A stretch of 10,326 nt of DNA from Octopus sinensis (GCF_006345805.1 NW_021827856.1:1-10326), one strand, 5' to 3'; counted from the stretch's first letter, positions 1-9,897 are shown. Notes: a model not told the origin generated them from the letters alone. Translations and numbers: made by a program.

Positions 1-62
1 ATGCATATGTACTTTTTCATATATATATATATACATACGAATATATGCATACGTATATATAC

Positions 63-154
<92 letters not shown>

Positions 155-310
155 TATGTATATATATATATATATGTATATATATATACATATATATATG
201 TATATATATATATATGTTATATATATATATATATATAGATATATAATATATAATATATAATATTATATATCTATATATATATATGTATGTATGTATATAT
301 ACATACACAT
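1..310. repeat. Interrupted (TA)n microsatellite
   Basis: Direct reading of the sequence. Confidence 0.95.
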
Positions 311-942
311 ACACTACTCTTAATACATTGAAATTTGAATTCTTAATGGACTCCATTTTCACTGCCTTTTGTTTGTGCGAAGGACGTTAAAATATTTTTT
401 TAAATATGTTGCTGTAATTTCTACTAACTAACGTAAAACCAAAGAAAGGTTAAAATCACAAAGTTAGTAAGTTGAAGTAGACTCTTATTTTGCATATCAT
501 TTCCATTTTTTTTTTTTCTAAAAGAACTACTTATATTTATTTTCAAAGCGAAAAACATTCAAATTACATTATTTTTGCTTTCAATTTTTTAATTTATCCT
601 CCAGTTTCTTTAACTGTGAAGAAACTTAATCCTCTGAAATCTTATTAAGTGTTAAATCTTTATTGATTTTAGACTTTAATCCTGTCGCTCAGTATCATAA
701 TTAGTGTTAATAAGATATATAGATATCCTGTTTTGCCACCGAAATCACTTCTACAGACGACAACAAATCGATTGACATGATATGACATTACATGCTGGGG
801 TTTAATTTGCTGTCGTTTTGTTTTTTCGTTAGATGCCAGTCAATCTTTTCATCTAACATAATGTTCAAATGGGTGTCTCACTGCGGTAACCAATAAATGA
901 TTGCACAACTGCATTTCTCAATGTAGCCTTCACTTGTAAGAA

Positions 943-979
<37 letters not shown>

Positions 980-1015
980 TCTATAGATATATATATATAT
1001 ATATAATATATATAT
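943..1015. repeat. (TC)n followed by (TA)n
   Basis: Direct reading of the sequence. Confidence 0.9.
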
Positions 1016-1070
1016 ATGTATTTAAATTTTATTCACTAATATTTTATTCTATACACTTTCACACAAATTC

Positions 1071-1073
<3 letters not shown>

Positions 1074-1120
<47 letters not shown>

Positions 1121-1141
1121 ATATATATATATGTATATATA

Positions 1142-1185
<44 letters not shown>

Positions 1186-1336
1186 ATATAATATATATAT
1201 GTATATATATATATGTATATGAAAATATATATATATATATAATATATTGACCGTTCTATGTCTATTTTATCCATCTATCTAACTATCAATTGATTGATCT
1301 ATATTTATCTGATTGATCTATATATATATATTGATC

Positions 1337-1370
<34 letters not shown>

Positions 1371-1381
1371 ATATATATATA

Positions 1382-1423
<42 letters not shown>
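1074..1423. repeat. Two interrupted (TA)n tracts (about 1074-1245 and 1318-1423)
   Basis: Direct reading of the sequence. Confidence 0.9.
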
Positions 1424-1428
<5 letters not shown>

Positions 1429-2057
1429 GACACAGACACACAATGTTTTATGTTATGTTAAAAACAATTTTAAACTGAATGATTACTCAATACTTTCGGT
1501 CGAGTACAAATTTCTTATTTTTTCATAAGAATAACTTTTGGGAGGGACTCCGAAATTTCGTCCAGCTATATATAGACTGCTGAAATAGTCCTTTGGCTAT
1601 TGCAATAGACTATTTCAATTTTGCGTTCTGTCGAGTGGATTATTAAGAATGTCTAGGTGAGAATGGTTGTTATTTCCCAATGTAGCATTCATTGATTTAT
1701 AAGAAATATATAATGTTACTTCACAGCTATGTGTAGCAGGTCATGTGGCCATCTTTTGACTTTATATATATATTTTACCCTCTTCTTCTGTTTGTATATT
1801 TTCTCTCTTCTTTCTTTGTAGCTTTTTTTCGGTATCGATGTCCAAGTTTTTCAAGACGTCTTTAGGATAAATAGACCAATACCGTATTTTACTTCAGTAA
1901 TCCACTTCTCAATAAATAGAGAATTCAAGTGATCTTGATTTTTGAATTTCGACAGACTGGATTACAACCTCGTACATTTAATAAGAATCTCAGGACGAGA
2001 TCGATTGATTGTTTCATGTTCTTCTAAAAGAATAATGTACGTATTCTTCAGTCTGAA

Positions 2058-2189
2058 GGCAGAATCGTTAGACGGACGAAATTCTGACTAACTTTTCTTC
2101 TGGATTTACGCTCTCCGTCCAATTTCTGCCGAGGTCAGCTTTGCTTCTCATCTTTTCTGGTTGGTAAAATAAACACCCGTTAAGAAACT
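2058..2189 (+). mobile_element. Degenerate tRNA-derived SINE, family B
   Basis: Aligns by eye with the copy at 9983-10140: GGCAGAATCGTTAG...AATTTCTGCCGAGGTCAGCTTTGCTTCTCATC...TAAAATAA versus GGCAGAATTGTTAA...AATTCCGCCGAGACCGACTTTGCATTTCATG...TAAAATAA. Confidence 0.7.
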
Positions 2190-2985
2190 CGCAACTATGT
2201 ACCTGAGAGGAGGTAGCAAGGCCTAATATTTTCAGTGTAGTCTGCGATCATTTCGACATTTGACCTGTGGTACACCGTGCGCCAGTTCAGACCAATGTTG
2301 AGTCGGTGGAGGGTATAAGCTAATGTACATCGCAAACACTTCATCGCTGTAAACAACTCACCTGCGCTGGTTGCTCAGTAAGAAATGGCTCAACCCTCTT
2401 TCGTTGTTCAGGGCAGAAGAGTTCACTATTGTTTAGTGCAACACTGGGTGCAGTTTGTATATCGAATTGCCTGCAGAGAGTCATACTTTGATAGATAATA
2501 CGCTTGGTTGTAAGACAAGTACAGCTTCTCGATGGTTGTTGACTGAATATTAAATTCGAAGGATTACATCAGGTTTTAGAGTTTGCAGTAATAATGAATC
2601 ATTTCGTTTGAGTAAATATTTTGATGTATCTGTCCAATTAGTAATAAGGAAAGGTTACACCGCCTTTGTCATTTGACGGGTTTTACTAAAATATGGCGGT
2701 GTGTCTATGATTACCTTTTGATTCCCTCTTCTATTATTGCATTTAAACATGCTAAACTAAGTTGCGTATTGCAGGCGTATAACGAATTTATTTCATACAA
2801 ACTTGAACAACAAAGTTTTAAATGAACTTCAAGTGTCAAATGTACCCTGGAAAAGAAACGTTGAGATAGAAGGTACTCTTATTATTTGTCCATTCGTATC
2901 AGGAGTCTGGTATATGTGGCGCATGGATTTCTTGCCAGGGATAGTATTGGCTGGAGGCGTGGAAAATCGTCCCCCGTTAAACGAA

Positions 2986-3080
2986 GATAGATAGATACAT
3001 ACATACATACATAAGTAGGTAGGTAGATGATAGATAGATAGATAGAGATAGATAGATATAGATAGATAGATAGATAGATA
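2986..3080. repeat. Compound (GATA)n/(CATA)n/(GGTA)n microsatellite at the 3' junction of the retrotransposon
   Basis: Direct reading of the sequence. Confidence 0.95.
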
Positions 3081-4263
3081 TGTTTCTTTATTAGCCACAC
3101 AGGGCTGCACACAGATAGAACAAATTACAGGTAGACTTTTCTTTTGAAGGTTAAAAAAAAAAAAAAAAAAAAAGGAAGGGGAGTTTCGATCAAAGGGATC
3201 GTAAAAGGAGAGAAAAAGGACAAAAAAAAAGGGGGGGTTAAAAAAAAAAAAAAAAAAGGGGGAGAGGAAAAAAAAATGATCAATAGGGATCGTTATCACA
3301 GAAATGTCAATATGAAGTGTAAAGGGAGGACAGGTGAGGTTTACCCCCTGGAAAGAAAAGCCTACGGAAAAGACCACGGTAACCTCGGTCATTAAGTCAC
3401 ATTTTATATTTCTTTTTTTTTTTTTTTTTTTGCAAATAAGCAACTCTCTGTTTTCGATTTCTGGGTTCATAGGACTATGCTCAAGTGGCTTCGTCATTCA
3501 TACGTGCCATTCTTGCTACATTCACCCATCTTTTTTTAAAACATTCGCTAGACAAAACTTGCCTCTCTACTCTCACTTTCCTTTTCAAGTGGTACTTGAA
3601 GTGATGAGAGATTGACCAGAGAGGAAAGTGTTTGTCTCCAATCCTTTCAGACGCGTCCACCAGATACATTCTTTCGCCATAGCCACAAGGATGATGAAAA
3701 ATAGCTCTTCCTTCCCGTTTGAAGGAAGGAGGCGTGACAATATTGACGATAGACTCAGCTGATAACCGACTCGTCCCACACGTGACAGCAGTTGTTCGAC
3801 ATAAGCCCACAGGTCGGAAATTGTTGCACTGAACGAGTGTGTGCAGAACGGTTTCGTCGCTCTGACCGCATCTCGGGCAGGTCGGCCCCGTGTTTCTCGA
3901 GCCGTGTCTGTAGAGCTTATCCTAACGGGTAGCGCTTCTCGGTAGCACTGCCAGGCCAGGGATCTCTGGAAGTTGTCCATGGGCCCTGGCCCGAAGTCGT
4001 CCGAACAGGCGGTCAGGTACTCCTCGTCGACGTCCAGGTTCGCCCCGAGCTCGTCGTCGTACCTCCCCTCCACTAAACCCCTATAGAATGCTTTGGTTGT
4101 GTTGAAGTCACTTAAGGTCGACCCAGGACGGCAGAGTTGCTTGAGAGCAACGCGACACTCGCGGTGCCATTCGCCCTTCCTCGGCCTCTTTTTGATCCAC
4201 GACTGCAGTTCGGTCATGGAGACGAGCTGCGGGAAAGCGTGCCTCACAAACGGCGACCACACC
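3081..4263 (-). mobile_element. 5'-truncated non-LTR retrotransposon, L1/Tx1-like (ORF2 C-terminus plus 3'UTR)
   Basis: GC/CpG-rich block in AT-rich DNA. The minus strand encodes an ORF2-like C-terminus with a CCHC zinc knuckle. A roughly 385-nt 3'UTR with U-tracts follows, ending AATAAA(3092-3087)-GAAACA and running directly into (TATC)n. The 5' end starts abruptly inside coding sequence next to (TAGA)n at 4264-4282. The clade call rests on recognising the motif, not on a search. Confidence 0.88.
3467..4262 (-). pseudogene. Frameshifted remnant of retrotransposon ORF2 C-terminal region (zf-RVT-like zinc-binding domain)
   Basis: Joining frames by hand gives ...FQRSLAWQCYREALPVR/DKLYRHGSRNTGPTCPRCGQSDETVLHTLVQC/TISDLWAYVEQLLSRVGRV/LSAESIVNIVTPPSFKREGRAI/FIILVAMAKECIWWTRLKGLETNTFLSGQSLI/FKYHLKRKVRVERQVLSSECFKKRWVNVARMARMNDEAT/SIVL*. 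CPRCGQSDETVLHTLVQC (3879-3826) fits the CX2CX8HX4C motif of L1-clade ORF2 but lies in a different frame from the listed 3585-4262 ORF. The listed ORFs 3585-4262 and 3481-3810 are pieces of this one reading frame. Confidence 0.85.
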
Positions 4264-4282
4264 TAGATAGATAGATAGATAG
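4264..4282. repeat. Short (TAGA)n at the 5' junction of the retrotransposon
   Basis: TAGATAGATAGATAGATAG immediately follows the truncated coding sequence. Confidence 0.95.
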
Positions 4283-4617
4283 GTTCCTACTCTGAAATAT
4301 GATGTGCCATATTACTGTCCTTTTTAATTGCCTCTCGTACATGACTTAAAAGAAATTTCTAACACACACACACACGAATATATATATATATAGGTATGAT
4401 TAGTGTAATTTTGGTAGTAATGACTTTGTCCCTCTTAGTGTGAGGCATTTATGTGTAATAATGCCCTCTATACAATATAGATATAATTAATTTGTTCAAA
4501 AGAAAAAAATTATTTTCGAATTCTTTTCTTTTATGAGGTTTTTCACGCTAACTTACCTGATAATTTCTTGTTAAGATTCCTTATTAAGAAGTTATCCTTA
4601 ATTGTTAAACTTATTCC

Positions 4618-4619
<2 letters not shown>

Positions 4620-4655
<36 letters not shown>
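4620..4655. repeat. Perfect (TA)n tract next to the Helitron 3' end
   Basis: Direct reading of the sequence. Confidence 0.95.
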
Positions 4656-4658
<3 letters not shown>

Positions 4659-4659
<1 letters not shown>

Positions 4660-5051
4660 TAGCAGTATGGCTCGGCGTTGCTCGAGTTTGTAAGGTAAAT
4701 AACTATATAAGCATTTTTAGAGATGTAAAGTATAATAGCCATCTCAATATGGCTAACCACAAAGGGGGGGTGTTACTGTAGCTTTTTACGTTCTAAGATT
4801 TAATAATAAATTTTTAGAGAGTTATTTCCCTTATATATGCCAAAAATGCATTAAAATGTGAAAAAATTATGGTAATTTTTTTTTAAATCGTAGACTCATC
4901 GTAGACGCGCGCTAATACCCAGAAGGGCTCGATATGAATCACGACTATAAGATACCCGGTTTTGGTTAAACTGCACCGCAAATGTGGGAGTAGTTAGGAA
5001 TCTAAATCGTAGGAGACAGACAGCACACAACCTCACTTTTATATATAAAGA
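4659..5051 (-). mobile_element. Non-autonomous Helitron (393 bp)
   Basis: On the minus strand it begins TC (TCTTTATATATAAAAG; 5051 downward) and ends CTAG (4662-4659). A GC-rich imperfect hairpin CTCG-AGCAACGC-CGAG (4686-4671) lies 8 nt before the CTAG. The flanking bases are A (5') and T (3') with no target duplication. These are the canonical Helitron end signatures. No coding capacity. Confidence 0.8.
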
Positions 5052-5092
5052 TATATATATATGTATGTATAATCAAAACATGTAACAAGTCC

Positions 5093-5114
5093 GTCTACAT
5101 CGTTAGTGTGTGAC

Positions 5115-5148
<34 letters not shown>

Positions 5149-5248
5149 GCATATATATGCATATCTATGTACGTATGTATTTATGTATGTACGTTATGTA
5201 TGTATGTATGTTGTATGTATGTATATGTCATAGACTAACGATCTAGAC
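5093..5248. repeat. Fold-back (inverted) repeat: 27-bp arms around a TA/TATG microsatellite
   Basis: 5093-5119 GTCTACATCGTTAGTGTGTGACATATA matches the reverse complement of 5222-5248 (GTCTAGATCGTTAGTCTATGACATATA) at 24 of 27 positions. Confidence 0.8.
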
Positions 5249-5423
5249 TCATAACATATTTCGTTAGACGATATTTAGTTTTAATTCTCCATTTCACCAT
5301 TCCTTACCATGCTTCGCCTTTTAATTGCCCTCCACCCAACAATATGAAACTATATAATTTAATAATCATATTGATTTATCGTAACTAGGTGCTAATATCT
5401 TTTTTTATGACACACATTATAAC

Positions 5424-5511
5424 ATATATATATATGTGTGTGTGTGTGTTTGTGTGTGTTTGTGTGTGCGTGTGTGTGTATGTATGTATATATATATATA
5501 TATACATATAA

Positions 5512-5550
<39 letters not shown>

Positions 5551-5680
5551 CACACACACGCACGCACACACAAACACACACATATATATATATGTTTTAT
5601 ATGTATGTATATATATATATAAATATACATATATATATATATATTATATATTATATATATGTATATATATGTAGGTATGT
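5424..5680. repeat. Compound (TG)n/(TA)n/(CA)n microsatellite
   Basis: Direct reading of the sequence. Confidence 0.9.
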
Positions 5681-6308
5681 ATGTATTATGTATATTTCAT
5701 TAATATTTGTTCCTCTGTTAAATCGCATTCTACACAACCGTCTCCCTAATTTTTGGCTCACTTCTATATAATTGAACTGTCTAACTTGCTATAATTCGCT
5801 ATTAATATACAAACCTCCATTACACACTTCGTCTTTAGAAAACAATTCGTGAATGAAACAGCCTATTACTACTTCATTTAATATCTCTTTTAAGCCATTT
5901 CGTCTTCATCCCTTCCTACACTCACCCTCTTTTATCTCACTAATATCAAACAGCATTACTTCATATCTACCTTATTACGTACGCTCTGACACATTACTTT
6001 GGTTTCATTTATCTCCCTTCTCTGTTTCTTTTCTCTTCTTCGTCTACAGATTCTTCCATTTTTCTTTGCATTTTCTATTAACACGTTTACTTTTTTTTCA
6101 TTTTACTTACTCTTTTCACTTTTAGTTTATTATTTTTTTGTCGTTTCTTATACAACTTTGTTTTCACATGCAGTGGAAATACATATTTTCATTCCATATT
6201 TTATAATTTGTTTCATTATTCTCAATACTTCATAATCTTAAACAGATATTATTTTTATTTCAATTCAATTCTCATTTTATTATTTACATATGAAATATTT
6301 TAACTTTT

Positions 6309-6439
6309 GCACACACACACACACACACATATACATAGATACACATATATATGTATATGTATACATATATATAAATCTTTGACTCACAAATCAATCTTAA
6401 AATACATACACATTCATTATTATTTATCATCTATAATAT

Positions 6440-6472
<33 letters not shown>

Positions 6473-6660
6473 CGCATATATTCATAAATTTATCTGAATA
6501 TTATTATATAAAATATGCCTATAAATATATTAATCATGTATATATAATATATATATATATTCATATATATGTGTATACAAACATATACATGCTTATACAT
6601 ACACACAAATATAAATGTATATACACTCATAAATGTATACACACACACATAATATATATC
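6309..6660. repeat. Degenerate (CA)n/(TA)n low-complexity region
   Basis: Direct reading of the sequence. Confidence 0.8.
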
Positions 6661-7168
6661 CTTAATATCGGTAAACAGGAAACCCAAGGAATTCAATATA
6701 TCCATATTGATGTGTTCAATTTGAAAAATAAATTATCCTAGCTTCTGTAAACTTGGAAATTCCAAGGTTATTTTGAAAGCTTTTAAAATTCTTTGAATAA
6801 TATCGACAACCATGTTCATATTTGATTCCTGTGATGTCGTAAAACCAACAGTGAAGTTTTCCAAAGAACATCTCTGAAACTATGTTCTTTGTTGCACACT
6901 TGTCATCTTTTGCTCAGTTTTTCTGATTGTTATACCCTTTGCCTTATATTTACGTCAACAAGCAAACAATCGATAGATATTGAATGAAATCGAAGACAAC
7001 ATATTTATATGGAATTTTTTTTTTTTGCAACATACAACTACATTGAACACGTGTTCGCAAATTCTTATTTCAATATAATTTTCGTGTCAGGGAAACTTAA
7101 ATATATAGCTGGACTTCAATATACAATACCAGTATCTGAAATAAAATGCATGATCGCACACATAATAC

Positions 7169-7361
<193 letters not shown>

Positions 7362-7773
7362 CATCTATATATTATATACTTTATTTAAAGCAGCAGAAAA
7401 TTCAACAAAACCTGTTACTCTGAATTTCCCGTTGCCGTTAAAGTTTTTGCAGTTTACTCCGGTATATATATATATATAAAGAGAGAGTTAGAGATAAAAT
7501 TTACTGGGAAATGGATGCGTGGCGTTCATTTCCAAGTAAATTTTATCTTAATTCCTATGTACACTCTACACTCTCTATTCTCCCTTTATCGCTATTCTTC
7601 TTTCTTTCTGTTTTTCTTATCCTCCCCTTCACCGTTCTCTTTCTCTCACTCGTCCTCTTTGACGTTCGTTGCTCACACGTGACCAGCGGCTATCGTTCTT
7701 TCTTCCCCTTGCTTTAGAAGAGATAAGACCACCTGTCTTAGCTACTTTCTCTAGCGTTCGCCACTTCACCTTG

Positions 7774-7974
7774 TGTTGTGTGGACGCCCCCAGACGATGA
7801 AGTAGGCTAGCCCAATATGTAGATATAGAGTGAGAAGTCTAGTCGTCAGAGAGCACAGCCAGGGAGTAGTAGAGGGTAGACTAGAACAGAGTGGAGTAGA
7901 GAAAAGCTGAGTAGCAGCCGGAGGAACAGAGAGAGCAGAGTTGAGTAGAAGGCATCCGAACGTGCGACATAACA
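7774..7974. mobile_element. Probable solo LTR (or small TIR element), 201 bp, with 5-bp target-site duplication
   Basis: Starts TGTTGTGTGGACG and ends CGTGCGACATAACA (TG...CA ends, imperfect terminal inverted repeat). Flanked by CCTTG at 7769-7773 and 7975-7979. The interior is GC-richer and purine-skewed. No clear AATAAA inside. Confidence 0.5.
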
Positions 7975-8699
7975 CCTTGTTATGGCTGAACAGCGCTTGC
8001 CGTTTGTTTTTACTGTTTTGTTCTTTTACTGTCCTGTTTTTGTTATTACTTTAACCCTCTGCAAAAATCCCAAATTTTATTTAATTTGCTTTGCGAGAAG
8101 GACTGTTTTAATAAAGTCGCGCCTTGTCTCTACTTTCGAAACGCAGAGTAAATAAAACAGGGGACAACTGATGAAGGGAATGTTCTTTATGTTGCCTGTC
8201 TCGTTTCTCTATTTGTTTCTTTCGTTGTTCGAAAAAAGTTCGTTTTCCATGTTTTTTTTGTTTTTTACGTTCTTGTTTTTCATTTTGCCCTCGTCCTGTT
8301 CCCAAATATGCATGTATATATGCATATATATATGTAGGTATGTAAATATATGTATGTATGCACACACATATATATATACATTATTATCATCATATATTGT
8401 CTCGCCCCACTCGTGTCACTAAAGGAAATCTCGGTATCAATTTCAGTTGAAAGAAGGAAAATATCCTCTACATGTATTGAGCTCTTCATTATCATTCGTT
8501 GGACATAAAGCAATCCACGTGCATGTGCGTGTACGCGCACATCCCCCCACACACACACGTATACACACGCATATGTTTGTATAAAGTATTAAAAGTATTA
8601 TATACGTGTTTTTTTCTATATCCTGTGAATGAAACCGGTGTAATATGAAATTAAAAATATGCCAATTTTTTTCTAGTCTTCTGTTTTGACATATGCTTT

Positions 8700-8850
8700 G
8701 CGCGTGGTTTTGCTTGTGTGTGAGTTTGTGAGAGTGTGTGTATGTTTGTGCGTGTGCGCGTGCATGTGTGTGTGTGTGTATTTGTGTGATTGTGCTTGCG
8801 TGCGTTCGTGTGTCTTTGCGTATGTATTCACATCCTGGTTGTCTGTGTGT
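8700..8850. repeat. Degenerate (TG)n tract
   Basis: Direct reading of the sequence. It abuts the 3' end of SINE family A. Confidence 0.8.
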
Positions 8851-8855
8851 CTGTC

Positions 8856-9152
8856 CTGACGACCAGGTCTCTAATTGATCTGATCAATGCAACAGCCTGC
8901 TCCTGAAATTAAGATGCAAGCGGCTGAGTACTCCACAGACACGTGTATCTTTAACGTAGTTCGGAGGGAGATTCGGCGTGACACAGAGTGTGACAGGGTT
9001 TCTCCCCTTCGAATTACAGGTACTACACCAGCTAAATGGACAGGAACAACGTGAAATAAAGTGTCTTGCTGAATGACACAACGCACCACCGGTATTCGAA
9101 CTCGAGACGTTTCGATCGTAAGCGCAATACTCGATCCACTAAGCTACTCACT
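8856..9152 (-). mobile_element. tRNA-derived SINE, family A (body resembles CORE-type SINEs)
   Basis: On the minus strand there is an A-box TAGCTTAGTGG (9146-9136) and a B-box GTTCGAATACC (9101-9091). These are followed by GTTGTGTCATTCAGCAAGACACTTTA, similar to the GTGTCCTTGGGCAAGACACTT tract seen after the tRNA head of CORE-like SINEs. The 3' end runs into a degenerate CA-rich tract. The family name is not verified. Confidence 0.75.
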
Positions 9153-9559
9153 TTCTAATGCTAAACGGTATTTGGTATGTGTTTCCTCCTAATCTATGTA
9201 AGATATCTTTTCTCCTAAGTTTAAATCAGTCAGCGTTTAGTGGTTTGTTAACAACAACATTCTGAGGAGCTTACTTTCAAAACCATTTTAAGTGCATATT
9301 TGGTCGATTTCATGATAACCCTTAAAACACAATCTGCAAGATGCTGGCTTCGCGCACGTGAAATATTTTTCAGTCAAACTGGGATAGATGCCATATCTTA
9401 GAGTCTTCCAATCAAAATCAAACATATTTAGATTCTGAATTTTCTTAATTACTCAAAAGTTAATCCGATGCATGTGTCTGGTTCTGAATGTAAGCACTTA
9501 ATGCACTGGAATCGATTCCATTTTAACGGCAAGTTCTAAAATATTTACAGTAAGCGGTT

Positions 9560-9703
9560 AGTCGTTATATAGACCCAGTTCTTGACTGGAACTTTGTTTT
9601 TTGCCGAACTCACAAAAGGATGAAAGATAAAGTTGATTCAATGGGATTTGAACTTAGAACGTAAATTAAACGACATGTCAAACGATTCACCGACCTCATG
9701 ACC
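9560..9703 (-). mobile_element. Degenerate SINE family B copy
   Basis: B-box GTTCAAATCCC on the minus strand (9653-9643). The segment AAAGGATGAAAGATAAAGTTGA...ATTTGAACTTAGAACGTAAA parallels 9828-9877 and is the reverse complement of the body of the 9983 copy. Confidence 0.7.
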
Positions 9704-9725
9704 CGACACAGACTTCGGAATTAAT

Positions 9726-9895
9726 GGTTTCAAATTTTGACAGAAGACCAGAAATTTCGGTGGAGGAGTAAGTCGATTACATCGACCCCAAGTGCACAGC
9801 TGGCACTTAATTTATCGACCCCCGAATGGGTGGAAGGGAAAGTCAACCCCGGTTGCATTTGAAACCAGAACATAATGACGGACGAGATGCTGCTC
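9726..9895 (-). mobile_element. SINE family B copy (5' end missing)
   Basis: GGTTTCAAATTTTG...GTCGATTACATCGACCCC...TTATCGACCCCCGAA...AAAGTCAACCCCGG...ATTTGAAACCAGAAC is complementary to the plus-strand copies at 9898-9967 and 9983-10140. Confidence 0.75.
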
Positions 9896-9897
9896 GA

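Noticed and set aside
1581-1617. 10-bp inverted repeat TGAAATAGTC/GACTATTTCA enclosing the palindrome CTATTGCAATAG
   Set aside because: Short and AT-rich, so about what chance would give in 10 kb of this composition.
1770-1935. Strong pyrimidine tract plus AG at 1820-1821 on the plus strand, and a K/E-rich short frame on the minus strand
   Set aside because: Downstream frames close quickly. The K/E-rich peptide is simply the reverse complement of the pyrimidine tract.
2230-2400. Possible additional dispersed repeat (GC-richer patch after the first SINE)
   Set aside because: No second copy, terminal structure or coding signal in this window to support it.
6735-6872. Candidate minus-strand exon RCSLENFTVGFTTSQESNMNMVVDIIQRILKAFKITLEFPSLQKLG*
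   Set aside because: Weak acceptor context, no convincing donor, no recognisable homology.
8095-8240. Possible hammerhead ribozyme or Penelope-like terminal repeat (GAAAC near 8138, CTGATGA at 8168-8174, GAAA near 8231)
   Set aside because: Core words are present, but I could not build helices I-III with correct pairing in any permutation. An Infernal search with the hammerhead models or copy alignment would be needed to revive it.
9060-9150. tRNA gene
   Set aside because: A and B boxes are present, but I could not fold a cloverleaf and the sequence continues into a SINE body. It is a SINE head.
9276-9334. Candidate minus-strand exon (TTGCAG|...CVLRVIMKSTKYALKMVLK|GTAAGC)
   Set aside because: Good donor and one open frame, but it is only 59 nt, the peptide is not recognised, and there is no supported partner exon. 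Spliced reads would be needed.
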